Source: a virus (taxonomy: Duplodnaviria; Heunggongvirae; Uroviricota; Caudoviricetes). Taken from it: 27,033 nucleotides of DNA. The stretch's first letter is position 1. The number at the start of each line of letters is the position of its first letter. Of the stretch, positions 17,124 to 27,033 are shown piece by piece. A program made the translations under genes and the position numbers. The notes beneath the pieces are model-generated. The model was not told where the DNA came from. It did not search any database and saw only the letters and a program-made list of their open reading frames with translations. The stretch is from IMG/VR virus record IMGVR_UViG_2537562015_000005, positions 1 to 27,033 of that record; one strand, given 5' to 3'.

Positions 17124-17803
17124 AACTGACGAAAAGTGGTCCACTGACTGACCGGGAAATCGACTGGCTGGAAGAGGTGTTGATGAAATACGGCAATGAT
17201 GACTCTGTGCTCTGTTTCTCTGAGCTGGATGGCTTTCTGACGGCGATTGTCTCTGGCCCGAATACGATTTCCCCTAATACCTGGCTCAGTGCTATCTGGG
17301 GGCGAGGTGATTACCACCCTCGCTGGACCACTGAAAAAGAGATGACGCGTTTTGTGGGGCTGTGTTTTCAGCATATGAACGATATCGCTGGCTGCCTGTA
17401 TGAGGCCCCTGAACAGTTTGAACCGATTTTCAATGAGCGTGAGGTAAAGGGGGAAAAATATACCATTGTGGAAGAGTGGTGTTTTGGTTATATGAAAGGA
17501 AAGTCACTGGATGACTGGTCTGGTCTTCCCGGTGAGTTACGGCCTTCTCTGGAAGTGATCGCTCTTCATGGCGTGGAGAAGAATTTTCCTGTACTTGAGA
17601 AAATGACCGGAGAGCAGTTTGAGAAAAGTATTTCCCTTATTCAGCCTGCTGCACTGGCACTTTATCAGTACTGGTTGTCAGTGAGAATGTCAGAGGCATC
17701 ATCCCGGCCTGTTCCAGTGAAGGGGGCAGAAAACATGCCCGGGCGAAATGACCCGTGTCCGTGTGGCAGCGGTAAAAAATTTAAGAAGTGCTGTCTGCAT
17801 TGA
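17120..17803 (+). CDS. YecA-like protein (UPF0149 domain + C-terminal SEC-C zinc-binding motif) embedded in the hsd operon
   Basis: 227 aa ending GRNDPCPCGSGKKFKKCCLH (SEC-C motif as in the SecA C-terminus and YecA). N-terminal region resembles YecA. Start overlaps the hsdS stop (ATGA). Confidence 0.8.
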   Translation: MKLTKSGPLTDREIDWLEEVLMKYGNDDSVLCFSELDGFLTAIVSGPNTISPNTWLSAIWGRGDYHPRWTTEKEMTRFVGLCFQHMNDIAGCLYEAPEQFEPIFNEREVKGEKYTIVEEWCFGYMKGKSLDDWSGLPGELRPSLEVIALHGVEKNFPVLEKMTGEQFEKSISLIQPAALALYQYWLSVRMSEASSRPVPVKGAENMPGRNDPCPCGSGKKFKKCCLH

Positions 17804-17852
17804 TGAATCTTCATGTGACCAGTAGCGAGTAGCGCCAGAAAGAAAAGGATTA

Positions 17853-20800
17853 ATGATGAACCAGACGTACACGCCAAAATTCCAGGAAGAATACAGCGCC
17901 AAAATTCCGGCACTGACGTTACTGACCAGCCTCGGCTGGACGTTTTTATCTCCGAAACAGATTATGGATTACCGGGGCTATAAACAGGATGAGGTGGTGC
18001 TGCGTCCGGTTCTGCGTGAAGAGCTGTCGAAGCGTTCCTTTATGGCGGGTGGCAAAACCTGCCAGTTATCGGAAAAAGCACTGGATAACCTGATATCACA
18101 GGTCTGTTCTCCGGCGCTCAATGAAGGGCTGCTCAAAGCCAATGAACGGATGTATAACCATCTGCTCTACGGTATCGCCGTCACGGAGTTTGTCGATGGC
18201 AAGAAGGTCAACCCCACCATTGCGCTGATCGACTGGGAACATCCGGAAAATAACCAGTTCCATTTTACTGAAGAATTTACGGTATTGCGGTCAGGTGGTG
18301 TTGAAACCCGGAGGCCAGATATTGTCTGCTTTGTTAATGGTATCCCGCTGGCTGTTATTGAAGCGAAAAGCCCGGCTGGTCATGGCAAGAAAGGGCCAAC
18401 CATTGACGAGGGGATATCCCAGAGTATCCGCAACCAGTTCAACGATGAAATCCCGCAGCTGTTTGTCTACAGCCAGTTATTACTTTCGATTAACGGTCAT
18501 GACGGGCGCTACGGTACATGCCATACGCCAATGAAATTCTGGGCGGCATGGCGCGAAGAAGATATTACCGATGCGCAGATGTATGCTCTGCGCAACCATC
18601 CTTTATCGACTGAACAAATTCATGCGTTGTTTGATCATCGTCCATCAGCCGATCTCAACTGGTACCAACAGTTAATCGCCGCCGGTGAACTGGCTGTCAG
18701 TGGACAGGACAAACTGCTCATCAGCCTGCTTTCGCCGGAACGTCTGCTGGAGATGACCCGCTTCTTCACTCTGTTTGATAAAAAGACCGGGAAAATTGTC
18801 GCCCGCTATCAGCAGGTGTTCGGTATTAAAAGACTGCTGGAGCGCATCAGTACCCGCAGACCCGATGGGGGCAGGGAAGGTGGTGTTATCTGGCATACCA
18901 CCGGCTCTGGCAAATCGTACACCATGGTGTTCCTCAGCAAGGCGCTGATTCTTCATGACAGCCTGAAGCGGTGTCGTATCGTGGTGGTGACGGACCGTAT
19001 CGATCTTGAAGAACAGCTCAGCAGTACCTTTGCATCCGGCGGCGAGTTGGCCGGGAAAAAAGACAAAGCCAATGCAATGGCGACATCCGGGCAGATGCTG
19101 GCGAAACAGATTGGCTCTGGTAAAGAACGCATCATTTTCACCCTAATCCAGAAATTTAATTCAGCGACAAAACTTCCTGAATGCGTCAATACCAGCCCCG
19201 ATATCATCGTTCTGATTGATGAAGGACACCGTAGCCAGGGTGGTGAGAACCATGTGCGAATGAAACTGGCACTGCCGAACGCCGCCTTTGTAGCATTTAC
19301 TGGTACGCCATTGCTAAAAGAAGATAAGACCACCAATAAATTCGGACCGATTGTCCACGCTTATACCATGCAGCGAGCGGTAGAAGATAAAGCCGTTACA
19401 CCTTTGCTGTATGAAGAACGTATTCCCGACCTTGAGGTTAACGATCGGGCAATAGATGCCTGGTTTGATCGTATTACCGATGGGTTAAGCGAAGCGCAAA
19501 AAGCCGACCTTAAGCGTAAATATGCCCGTAAAGGTGAGGTTTATAGTGCAGATGATCGCATCCGTCTGATCGCACTCGATATCGCCACGCACTTCTCGAA
19601 GAATATTGATGAGGGACTGAAAGGCCAGCTTGCCTGCGACAGCAAGATTTCCGCCATCAAATATAAAAAGTATCTTGATGAAGCCGGGTTGTTTGAGTCA
19701 GCTGTAGTTATCAGCCCGCCGGATACCCGGGAAGGGAATACTGAGGTGGATGAAAGCAAACTGCCGGAAGTGACGAAATGGTGGAAAGATAACGTCGGCA
19801 CGCAGGATGAGTCTGTGTATACCCGCAATATCATCAGTCGTTTCGATACCGATGAGAAGCTCAAATTGCTGATAGTCGTTGATAAACTGCTCACCGGGTT
19901 TGATGAGCCGAAGAATACCGTGCTGTATATCGACAAGCCGCTTAAGTCCCACAACCTTATCCAGGCGATTGCGCGGGTGAACCGACTGCATCCACTAAAA
20001 AAGTTCGGTCTGCTGATTGATTATCGCGGTATTCTGGCTGAGCTGGACACGACTATCGGCAAATATCAGGACCTCGCCTCCCGAACTCAGGGCGGATACG
20101 ACATCAAAGATATTGACGGGCTGTACAGCGCCATGAGCTCTGAATACAAGCGCCTGCCGCATCTGTATAACCAGCTGTGGGCCATATTTGCTGGTGTCAA
20201 AAACAAAAATGATACTGAGCAGTTACGTGCGGTACTGGTGCCTAAAATGGAAGAACGTGACGGAGAGATGGTCGATATCCATCAGAAAACCCGTGATGAT
20301 TTCTTCGAGGCGTTAACGGCCTTTGCCGGATGCCTGAAAGTGGCATTGCAGTCCGCCACCTTCTTCACCGACAAGAGCTTTACGGAACAAGACCGAAATC
20401 TCTATAAAGAAACCGTAAAACAGATGTCCAGCCTGCGCCAGTGGGCGATGCAGGTAAGTGGAGAGCAGGTCAATTATGACGACTACGCTGAGCAGGTGAA
20501 AAAACTGCTGGATAAGCATGTCACCGGCGTTGAGGTTCGTGAACCGGATGGCGTGTATGAAGTCGGTAAAATGGGCAAGAGCGAAAAGCCCGAAGAGTGG
20601 GACAACAATAAAACCCGCAATGAAACCGACATCATTAAAACCCGTGTGACAAAGATGATTGAGCAGGAGCTGCGTGATGACCCGTATGCTCAGGAAGCCT
20701 TTTCAAAACTCCTGCGTATGGCTATTGAAGAGGCTGAAAAACTGTTCGACCATCCGTTGAAACAGTATCTCTTGTTCCGTGAATTTGAAGAACAGGTTGA

Positions 20801-21140
20801 AGCCCGTAAGCTCAGCGATATCCCGGATGCACTGGCGGTAAACAAGCATGCTCAGGCGTATTACGGTGTATTTAAAAAAGAGCTACCAGAGGTTTTTGCG
20901 GTAAACGACGTTCAGGTGCAGGATAAGTGGACGAAGCTGGCTTTTGAAGTGGACAACATTATCGTCAAAGCGGTGGCAGAAAACTCCCTGAACCCACAGG
21001 ATATTGAAAAAGCCGTTAAGACAAGTCTTTTGCCGCTGCTGTTTACGGCCTGCCGGGAGATGGGTGCCGGAATGAATCAGGTTAACCGTATTGTGGAAAC
21101 CATCATCCAGATACTGCGCGTTGGTTTGATGAAATCATGA
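17853..21140 (+). CDS. hsdR: Type I restriction enzyme R subunit HsdR (EcoR124-like, probably type IC)
   Basis: 1095 aa; nuclease region (FVNGIPLAVIEAKS), helicase motifs (GGVIWHTTGSGKS, LIDEGHRSQ, FTGTP, LLTGFDEP, QAIARVNR) colinear with EcoR124 HsdR as recalled. Confidence 0.95.
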   Translation: MMNQTYTPKFQEEYSAKIPALTLLTSLGWTFLSPKQIMDYRGYKQDEVVLRPVLREELSKRSFMAGGKTCQLSEKALDNLISQVCSPALNEGLLKANERMYNHLLYGIAVTEFVDGKKVNPTIALIDWEHPENNQFHFTEEFTVLRSGGVETRRPDIVCFVNGIPLAVIEAKSPAGHGKKGPTIDEGISQSIRNQFNDEIPQLFVYSQLLLSINGHDGRYGTCHTPMKFWAAWREEDITDAQMYALRNHPLSTEQIHALFDHRPSADLNWYQQLIAAGELAVSGQDKLLISLLSPERLLEMTRFFTLFDKKTGKIVARYQQVFGIKRLLERISTRRPDGGREGGVIWHTTGSGKSYTMVFLSKALILHDSLKRCRIVVVTDRIDLEEQLSSTFASGGELAGKKDKANAMATSGQMLAKQIGSGKERIIFTLIQKFNSATKLPECVNTSPDIIVLIDEGHRSQGGENHVRMKLALPNAAFVAFTGTPLLKEDKTTNKFGPIVHAYTMQRAVEDKAVTPLLYEERIPDLEVNDRAIDAWFDRITDGLSEAQKADLKRKYARKGEVYSADDRIRLIALDIATHFSKNIDEGLKGQLACDSKISAIKYKKYLDEAGLFESAVVISPPDTREGNTEVDESKLPEVTKWWKDNVGTQDESVYTRNIISRFDTDEKLKLLIVVDKLLTGFDEPKNTVLYIDKPLKSHNLIQAIARVNRLHPLKKFGLLIDYRGILAELDTTIGKYQDLASRTQGGYDIKDIDGLYSAMSSEYKRLPHLYNQLWAIFAGVKNKNDTEQLRAVLVPKMEERDGEMVDIHQKTRDDFFEALTAFAGCLKVALQSATFFTDKSFTEQDRNLYKETVKQMSSLRQWAMQVSGEQVNYDDYAEQVKKLLDKHVTGVEVREPDGVYEVGKMGKSEKPEEWDNNKTRNETDIIKTRVTKMIEQELRDDPYAQEAFSKLLRMAIEEAEKLFDHPLKQYLLFREFEEQVEARKLSDIPDALAVNKHAQAYYGVFKKELPEVFAVNDVQVQDKWTKLAFEVDNIIVKAVAENSLNPQDIEKAVKTSLLPLLFTACREMGAGMNQVNRIVETIIQILRVGLMKS

Positions 21141-21892
21141 GTGAAAAAGAATCGCCATCAATGAAAGCGTTACGCATTGTTTATGGTGATGAGGTCATCA
21201 CCGTACAGTGTGTTCCGCGTCAGGTCGTAAAGGGCAGGGTGCTCATCAAGGTTTATCCGGACTGCCGGGTTGTGGCCTCTGTACCGCCTGAAACACCGGA
21301 GCACGAGGTATTGTCTGCGCTGAAAAAACGAGGGCGCTGGATATACCAGCAACTGCGTGATTTCAGGGTGCAACAGACACACATTGTTCCGCGTCAGTAT
21401 GTCAGCGGAGAAAGCCATTATTATCTCGGTAAGCAATATCAGTTGAAAGTGACAGAAGACGCTACTGTGCCGCAACGAGTGAAAATGTTGCGTGGGCGTC
21501 TGGAAGTGACTGTCAGACACAAATCGGCAGAAAAGATTAAAGCCTTGCTGGCTGAATGGTATCGGGAACGCGCCAGAGATGTTTTTCAGCGCAGGCTTGA
21601 TTTACTGATTCCGCAGACCCTTTGGGTCAGTGAGCGTCCTCCGATACGTCTGCGGGCGATGCAAACGCAATGGGGCAACTGCTCTGCAAAAGGCTGTCTG
21701 ACCCTGAATCCATGGCTGGTTAAGGCATCCTCAGAATGTATCGATTATGTCTTGCTACATGAGTTATGCCATGTGGCTGAGCACAACCATAGTGAGGAGT
21801 TTTACCGCTTGATGGGGCAGGTTATGCCGGGGTGGGAAAAGGTTAAGAAGCGACTGGATGGTATGGCTGGGATGTTGTTGGCAGATATGTAG
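21137..21892 (+). CDS. HExxH zinc metallopeptidase-like protein (DUF45/YgjP-like), translationally coupled to hsdR
   Basis: 251 aa with LLHELCHVAEHNH (HExxH) near the C-terminus; start overlaps the hsdR stop (ATGA). Confidence 0.8.
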   Translation: MSEKESPSMKALRIVYGDEVITVQCVPRQVVKGRVLIKVYPDCRVVASVPPETPEHEVLSALKKRGRWIYQQLRDFRVQQTHIVPRQYVSGESHYYLGKQYQLKVTEDATVPQRVKMLRGRLEVTVRHKSAEKIKALLAEWYRERARDVFQRRLDLLIPQTLWVSERPPIRLRAMQTQWGNCSAKGCLTLNPWLVKASSECIDYVLLHELCHVAEHNHSEEFYRLMGQVMPGWEKVKKRLDGMAGMLLADM

Positions 21893-21923
21893 TTTCTAAC
21901 TTATTCCAATGGGCTCATTTGTC

Positions 21924-22525
<602 letters not shown>

Positions 22526-22546
22526 CCACTTCATACCGCAGGAGGC

Positions 22547-24001
22547 ATGATGGAGAGCATTAATAATCAAGTGCAGTCGGTACGCCAGTTGCTGGCCATT
22601 CCCCAACTGGCCATCCCAAGCTATCAGCGACCTTACCGCTGGGGCTCCAAGAATATCTCGGATCTCTTTACCGATTTGGCAACCCATCAGGACAAGAGCG
22701 CCTACCGGCTGGGCTCGGTGGTGTTTCATCAGCACACCGATAGTGAGCAGGGCGAGATGCTTGATATCGTCGATGGTCAGCAACGCACCCTGACCCTGAT
22801 GTTGACCGTCAAGGCGCTGATCGAGGTGCTGGATAACGAAAATCGCAGTGGCAAAGAGAAGAGTATCCGGTTTCAACGTCAGGATCTGCGTGAGCAATTG
22901 CAGGTCTTGCGTGGACCTATCGATGCGTTTATGCAGCGCCAGCGCTTCCCCAGCCGGGATTCGGAGTTCAACCTCAGACGTAACTATCTGGAGTTGCGTC
23001 GGCTGGTGGCCCGCCCTGAGTTTGACGAGCAGCAAATTGACTTTCTGCTCAACCGCTGTCAGGTGGTCTGCTTTGTACTGCAGGATATCTCGGAGGCGTT
23101 CCAGTTCTTCGATTCGCAAAATGCCCGGGGGCGCGATCTGGCTCCTCACGATCTGCTCAAGGCATTTCACCTGCGCGAGTTTGCCGGTCATGAGGCCAAT
23201 CTCAAGGCCGAGGCGGTCGCCCATTGGGAGCGCCAGCCAAGCGACGAGCTGGCCAATCTGTTCGCCCTCTATCTCTATCGGGTACGCCAGTGGGCCGAGG
23301 GCAAGTCGGCCCGCTACTTTGGCAAGGGGGAGGTGGATCTCTTCAAGGGGGTCAACCTAGATCGGGTAGGGCATTATCCTTACGTGGAGTCGCTGCGCAT
23401 CGCCCACCACTTTGTCGATGAGTACAACAGCCAGTACCAGCGCAAGATTGACGGCCAGTACATGACGTTTCCCTTTCATCTCGACCAGATGATCATCAAT
23501 GGTCGGCGCTTTTTCGAGATGGCCGAGTACTACCAGACGCGGGTGGCCGCCATCGTGGCCGAGGAGTCTGATTCCGGCAAGGCGCAATCTGCCACCCTGC
23601 TCGGCGAAACGCTGACACCGATGGCCAGCAAGGTGCTATCGACCCTGGGCAGCTACGAGCGTCGCCACCGCACCGGGGATCGTTATGTGCGGGCCATGTT
23701 CGACTGCGCCCTGATCTTCTATATCGACAAGTTCGGCAGCCAAGGGCTGTCACTGGCCATCGAGAAGTGCTTTATCTGGGCCTATCGCTGCCGCATCCGC
23801 CAGCAGGTAGTGCAGTTGGCAACCATGGATAACTATGTGCTGGAGCACAATCTGATCCGTGCCATTCGTGATGCTCGTCTGCCGGGAGATCTGCACGGCT
23901 TCCCTTTGCCTAGCATGAGCAGTCGAGAGAACAAGAACAATCGCAATGGTGCCGAAGATGAGCTGGTCGGGCTGTTTCGGGAGATGAAATATTATGAATG
24001 A
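22547..24001 (+). CDS. DUF262-domain protein (ParB-like/GmrS-like N-terminal module; no nuclease motif seen)
   Basis: 484 aa; N-terminal motifs [10 protein letters not shown] and [12 protein letters not shown], then [22 protein letters not shown]. High GC. Overlaps the next gene by 8 nt. Confidence 0.8.
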   Translation: MMESINNQVQSVRQLLAIPQLAIPSYQRPYRWGSKNISDLFTDLATHQDKSAYRLGSVVFHQHTDSEQGEMLDIVDGQQRTLTLMLTVKALIEVLDNENRSGKEKSIRFQRQDLREQLQVLRGPIDAFMQRQRFPSRDSEFNLRRNYLELRRLVARPEFDEQQIDFLLNRCQVVCFVLQDISEAFQFFDSQNARGRDLAPHDLLKAFHLREFAGHEANLKAEAVAHWERQPSDELANLFALYLYRVRQWAEGKSARYFGKGEVDLFKGVNLDRVGHYPYVESLRIAHHFVDEYNSQYQRKIDGQYMTFPFHLDQMIINGRRFFEMAEYYQTRVAAIVAEESDSGKAQSATLLGETLTPMASKVLSTLGSYERRHRTGDRYVRAMFDCALIFYIDKFGSQGLSLAIEKCFIWAYRCRIRQQVVQLATMDNYVLEHNLIRAIRDARLPGDLHGFPLPSMSSRENKNNRNGAEDELVGLFREMKYYE

Positions 24002-26036
24002 TGCAGGCGTTCGCCCCTTTTCCATTCGTGCACTGCTTGAAGATCGCGCCCGCTATCTGGTGCCCATGTACCAGCGCAACTATGCCTGGGGTGAGGGAGA
24101 GATCACCCAGCTGCTGCAGGATGTGCTGGATTATCAGCAAAAATTGGTCAGTGGTAAGGGGCCGCAAACCTACTATATCGGCACCCTGGTGGTGTTTGCC
24201 CGGGACGATGGCAGTTTCGAGGTAATCGATGGCCAGCAGCGCTTTACTACCCTCTCTCTGCTGGCCAATTGGCTCAAACATCACGCGATAGATTCGGTGG
24301 ATATGAGCTGGTATCAGACCATCAACCTCGCTTTTGAGAGTCGCCCGATATCGAGCCATACCTTCGAGCGCTTATGGCAGGGTGTTGCCCCCGACGATTT
24401 GCGGGGGAGTACCTTCAATGAAGGTTTGGTGAACGGTTTTGAGCTGATTGGCAAGGCAATGGCGGATCTTGGTTTGGTAGGGGCTAAACTGACGGCCTTT
24501 TGCGACTACCTCTTCAAGCATGTGCAGATCTCTCGTATCGAAGTACCCAAGGATACCGATCTCAATCACTTCTTCGAGGCGATGAACAATCGCGGCGAGC
24601 AGTTGGAAAAGCATGAAGTGATCAAGGCGCGGCTGATGGAGACGCTGAACCAGATACCCGAGGAAGAGCATCGTCGCCAAAGTATTCATATCCTGACCCG
24701 GGTATGGGATGCCTGCGCCAATATGGAGCGCTATATCCAGTACGGCTTTACCCCGCAAGAGCGCCACCGTCTGTTTGGTGAGAGCGACTGGGGTCAGTTT
24801 GTGCCCCGTGATTTTGCCCATCTGCTTGAACTGCTAGGATCCCCAAACACGGCCGACGCTGCCGATAAAAGCCGTGCAGCTGCCGGTAGCCAAGGGCGCA
24901 CCTTGTTGGCCATTTTGCAGGATGACAAGCTTGATGGTGAGCAGACGGTGGAGGAGGAGAGCGCAGGCTCCGAGCGCTTTAACAGCGTCATCAACTTCTC
25001 CAACTTCTTGCTCCATGTGCTGCGACTCGTGAGCCGCGACCCGGGTGATACGGAGGGGGTGCCGCTTGATGATAAACAACTGGTCGATCAGTTTGAGCTG
25101 CGAGTGATAAGGCAACCGGATCCAGTAGCGGCAGTTCAGCGTTTTATCTATGGCCTGTTAAAGAGCAAGTATCTGTTTGATCAGTTCATCATCAAGCGCG
25201 AGTTTGCCGATGGCAAGGATAGTTGGAGTCTGAAGCGGCTGCACTGGTATTCGGAAAAGAGCGTCAGTTACATCAATACCTTTGACAAGGATGAAAATGA
25301 GAATGGTTTCTCTGGTGTTAACCGGCGGGTCCTGATGTTGCTGTCGGCGTTTCATGTGTCGACCCCGACCCTGGTTTACAAACATTGGCTGAATGGTGCA
25401 CTGAGATATCTGTTCGACAATTGTCACCCTGATCAACCGGTGGATGCCGGGGCTTATCTGTCCTATCTGGAGAGTCAGGCTCGCCGCTTTGTCTTCCAGC
25501 GCTTTTTGGCGCCTGGTGAAGGGGCTTCCTATTACCAGATGCTCTACCTTGATAACGCCCTGTTGCCCGCCATCAATGTGGATGAGAGTTGGCACAAGGT
25601 GATTACATCCAAACTTCGCTTCGGTCATATCGAGAACAACTTTGTCTTCAACTTCCTTGACTATCTGCTGTGGGTACGAGATCGGAATAGCGACAAAGTT
25701 GCTGGCTCCTTTGAGTTCACTTTCCGCAGCTCGGTGGAGCACTTCTCACCCCAGCATCCGATGGATGGCTATAAACCGGTTGAGCAGAGTGCACTCCATT
25801 CGTTTGGCAACCTTTGCCTTATCAGCCACAGCAAGAACTCGCGCTTGAGTAACTTCCAGCCGCAACAGAAGCAGGAGCACTTTGAAGCAAGCCTTGCCAA
25901 TAACCAGACTGATAGTCTTAAATTGCTTGCTATGATTCGGCTGATGAAAGATAAAGGTCGTTGGCTGGAAGATGAGATAGCTGAGCATCAACAAGATATG
26001 TTGCAGGTCTTACTATCCAATCAAATTCAGCAATAA
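23994..26036 (+). CDS. DUF262 + DUF1524 protein (GmrSD-like, candidate type IV / modification-dependent endonuclease)
   Basis: 680 aa; N-terminal [38 protein letters not shown]; C-terminal His-Me-finger-like region [15 protein letters not shown]...[20 protein letters not shown]. High GC. Confidence 0.85.
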   Translation: MNDAGVRPFSIRALLEDRARYLVPMYQRNYAWGEGEITQLLQDVLDYQQKLVSGKGPQTYYIGTLVVFARDDGSFEVIDGQQRFTTLSLLANWLKHHAIDSVDMSWYQTINLAFESRPISSHTFERLWQGVAPDDLRGSTFNEGLVNGFELIGKAMADLGLVGAKLTAFCDYLFKHVQISRIEVPKDTDLNHFFEAMNNRGEQLEKHEVIKARLMETLNQIPEEEHRRQSIHILTRVWDACANMERYIQYGFTPQERHRLFGESDWGQFVPRDFAHLLELLGSPNTADAADKSRAAAGSQGRTLLAILQDDKLDGEQTVEEESAGSERFNSVINFSNFLLHVLRLVSRDPGDTEGVPLDDKQLVDQFELRVIRQPDPVAAVQRFIYGLLKSKYLFDQFIIKREFADGKDSWSLKRLHWYSEKSVSYINTFDKDENENGFSGVNRRVLMLLSAFHVSTPTLVYKHWLNGALRYLFDNCHPDQPVDAGAYLSYLESQARRFVFQRFLAPGEGASYYQMLYLDNALLPAINVDESWHKVITSKLRFGHIENNFVFNFLDYLLWVRDRNSDKVAGSFEFTFRSSVEHFSPQHPMDGYKPVEQSALHSFGNLCLISHSKNSRLSNFQPQQKQEHFEASLANNQTDSLKLLAMIRLMKDKGRWLEDEIAEHQQDMLQVLLSNQIQQ

Positions 26037-26111
26037 CGGATTGAATCTGTTTATGAAATTTGGCTGCTATCAACTAATGGGCGTTAAGTTGATTGTATGA
26101 TCTGATTGATA

Positions 26112-26143
26112 AAGAAGGGGAGACTAAAAATCTCCTCTTCTTT
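26112..26143 (+). terminator. Possible terminator hairpin downstream of the DUF262 cassette
   Basis: AAGAAGGGGAGA-CTAAAAA-TCTCCTCTTCTT, a 12-bp stem with one mismatch; weak T tract. Confidence 0.35.
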
Positions 26144-26223
26144 GCAGCAGTTTACTGCGGTCTTTTTGTGATGCATCAGCATAAAACGTTTTACTTGTGG
26201 ACCCCTAAGAAATGGAGAACATT

Positions 26224-27033
<810 letters not shown>

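Noticed and set aside
16665-17374. Minus-strand ORFs over the hsdS 3' end and YecA-like gene (16665..16916, 16928..17374, 16948..17196)
   Set aside because: Antisense to well-supported coding frames; no motifs.

Overview
Mosaic enterobacterial accessory region built from at least two integrative elements and five IS copies or fragments, carrying a cluster of defence genes. Left to right: (1) a decayed P2-like prophage tail module: gpD (partial, minus strand), a frameshifted tail sheath FI, tube FII, gpE with its E+E' frameshift product, tape measure T and gpU; (2) a complete IS1 whose end cuts a short acetyltransferase-like ORF; (3) a P2-type tyrosine integrase next to a 55-nt 3' fragment of tRNA-Leu(UAA), i.e. 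an att remnant; (4) a second island with a P4-type integrase, one divergent hypothetical gene and three small unknown ORFs; (5) a second, identical IS1 that cuts an AT-rich orphan ORF; (6) a type I restriction-modification operon hsdM-hsdS-(YecA-like SEC-C protein)-hsdR-(HExxH metallopeptidase), with ATGA start/stop overlaps between hsdM/hsdS, hsdS/YecA-like and hsdR/peptidase; (7) a truncated variant IS1 fused to an IS3-family transposase tail; (8) a high-GC two-gene cassette, a DUF262 protein plus a DUF262+DUF1524 (GmrSD-like) protein, the best candidate for a modification-dependent restriction or defence system; (9) an N-terminal fragment of a putative helicase-type gene apparently cut by an IS21-family element (istB at the window edge). 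All protein calls rest on motifs and remembered family sequences read by eye; no database search was run. Neither complete IS1 has a target-site duplication, pointing to IS-mediated rearrangement.
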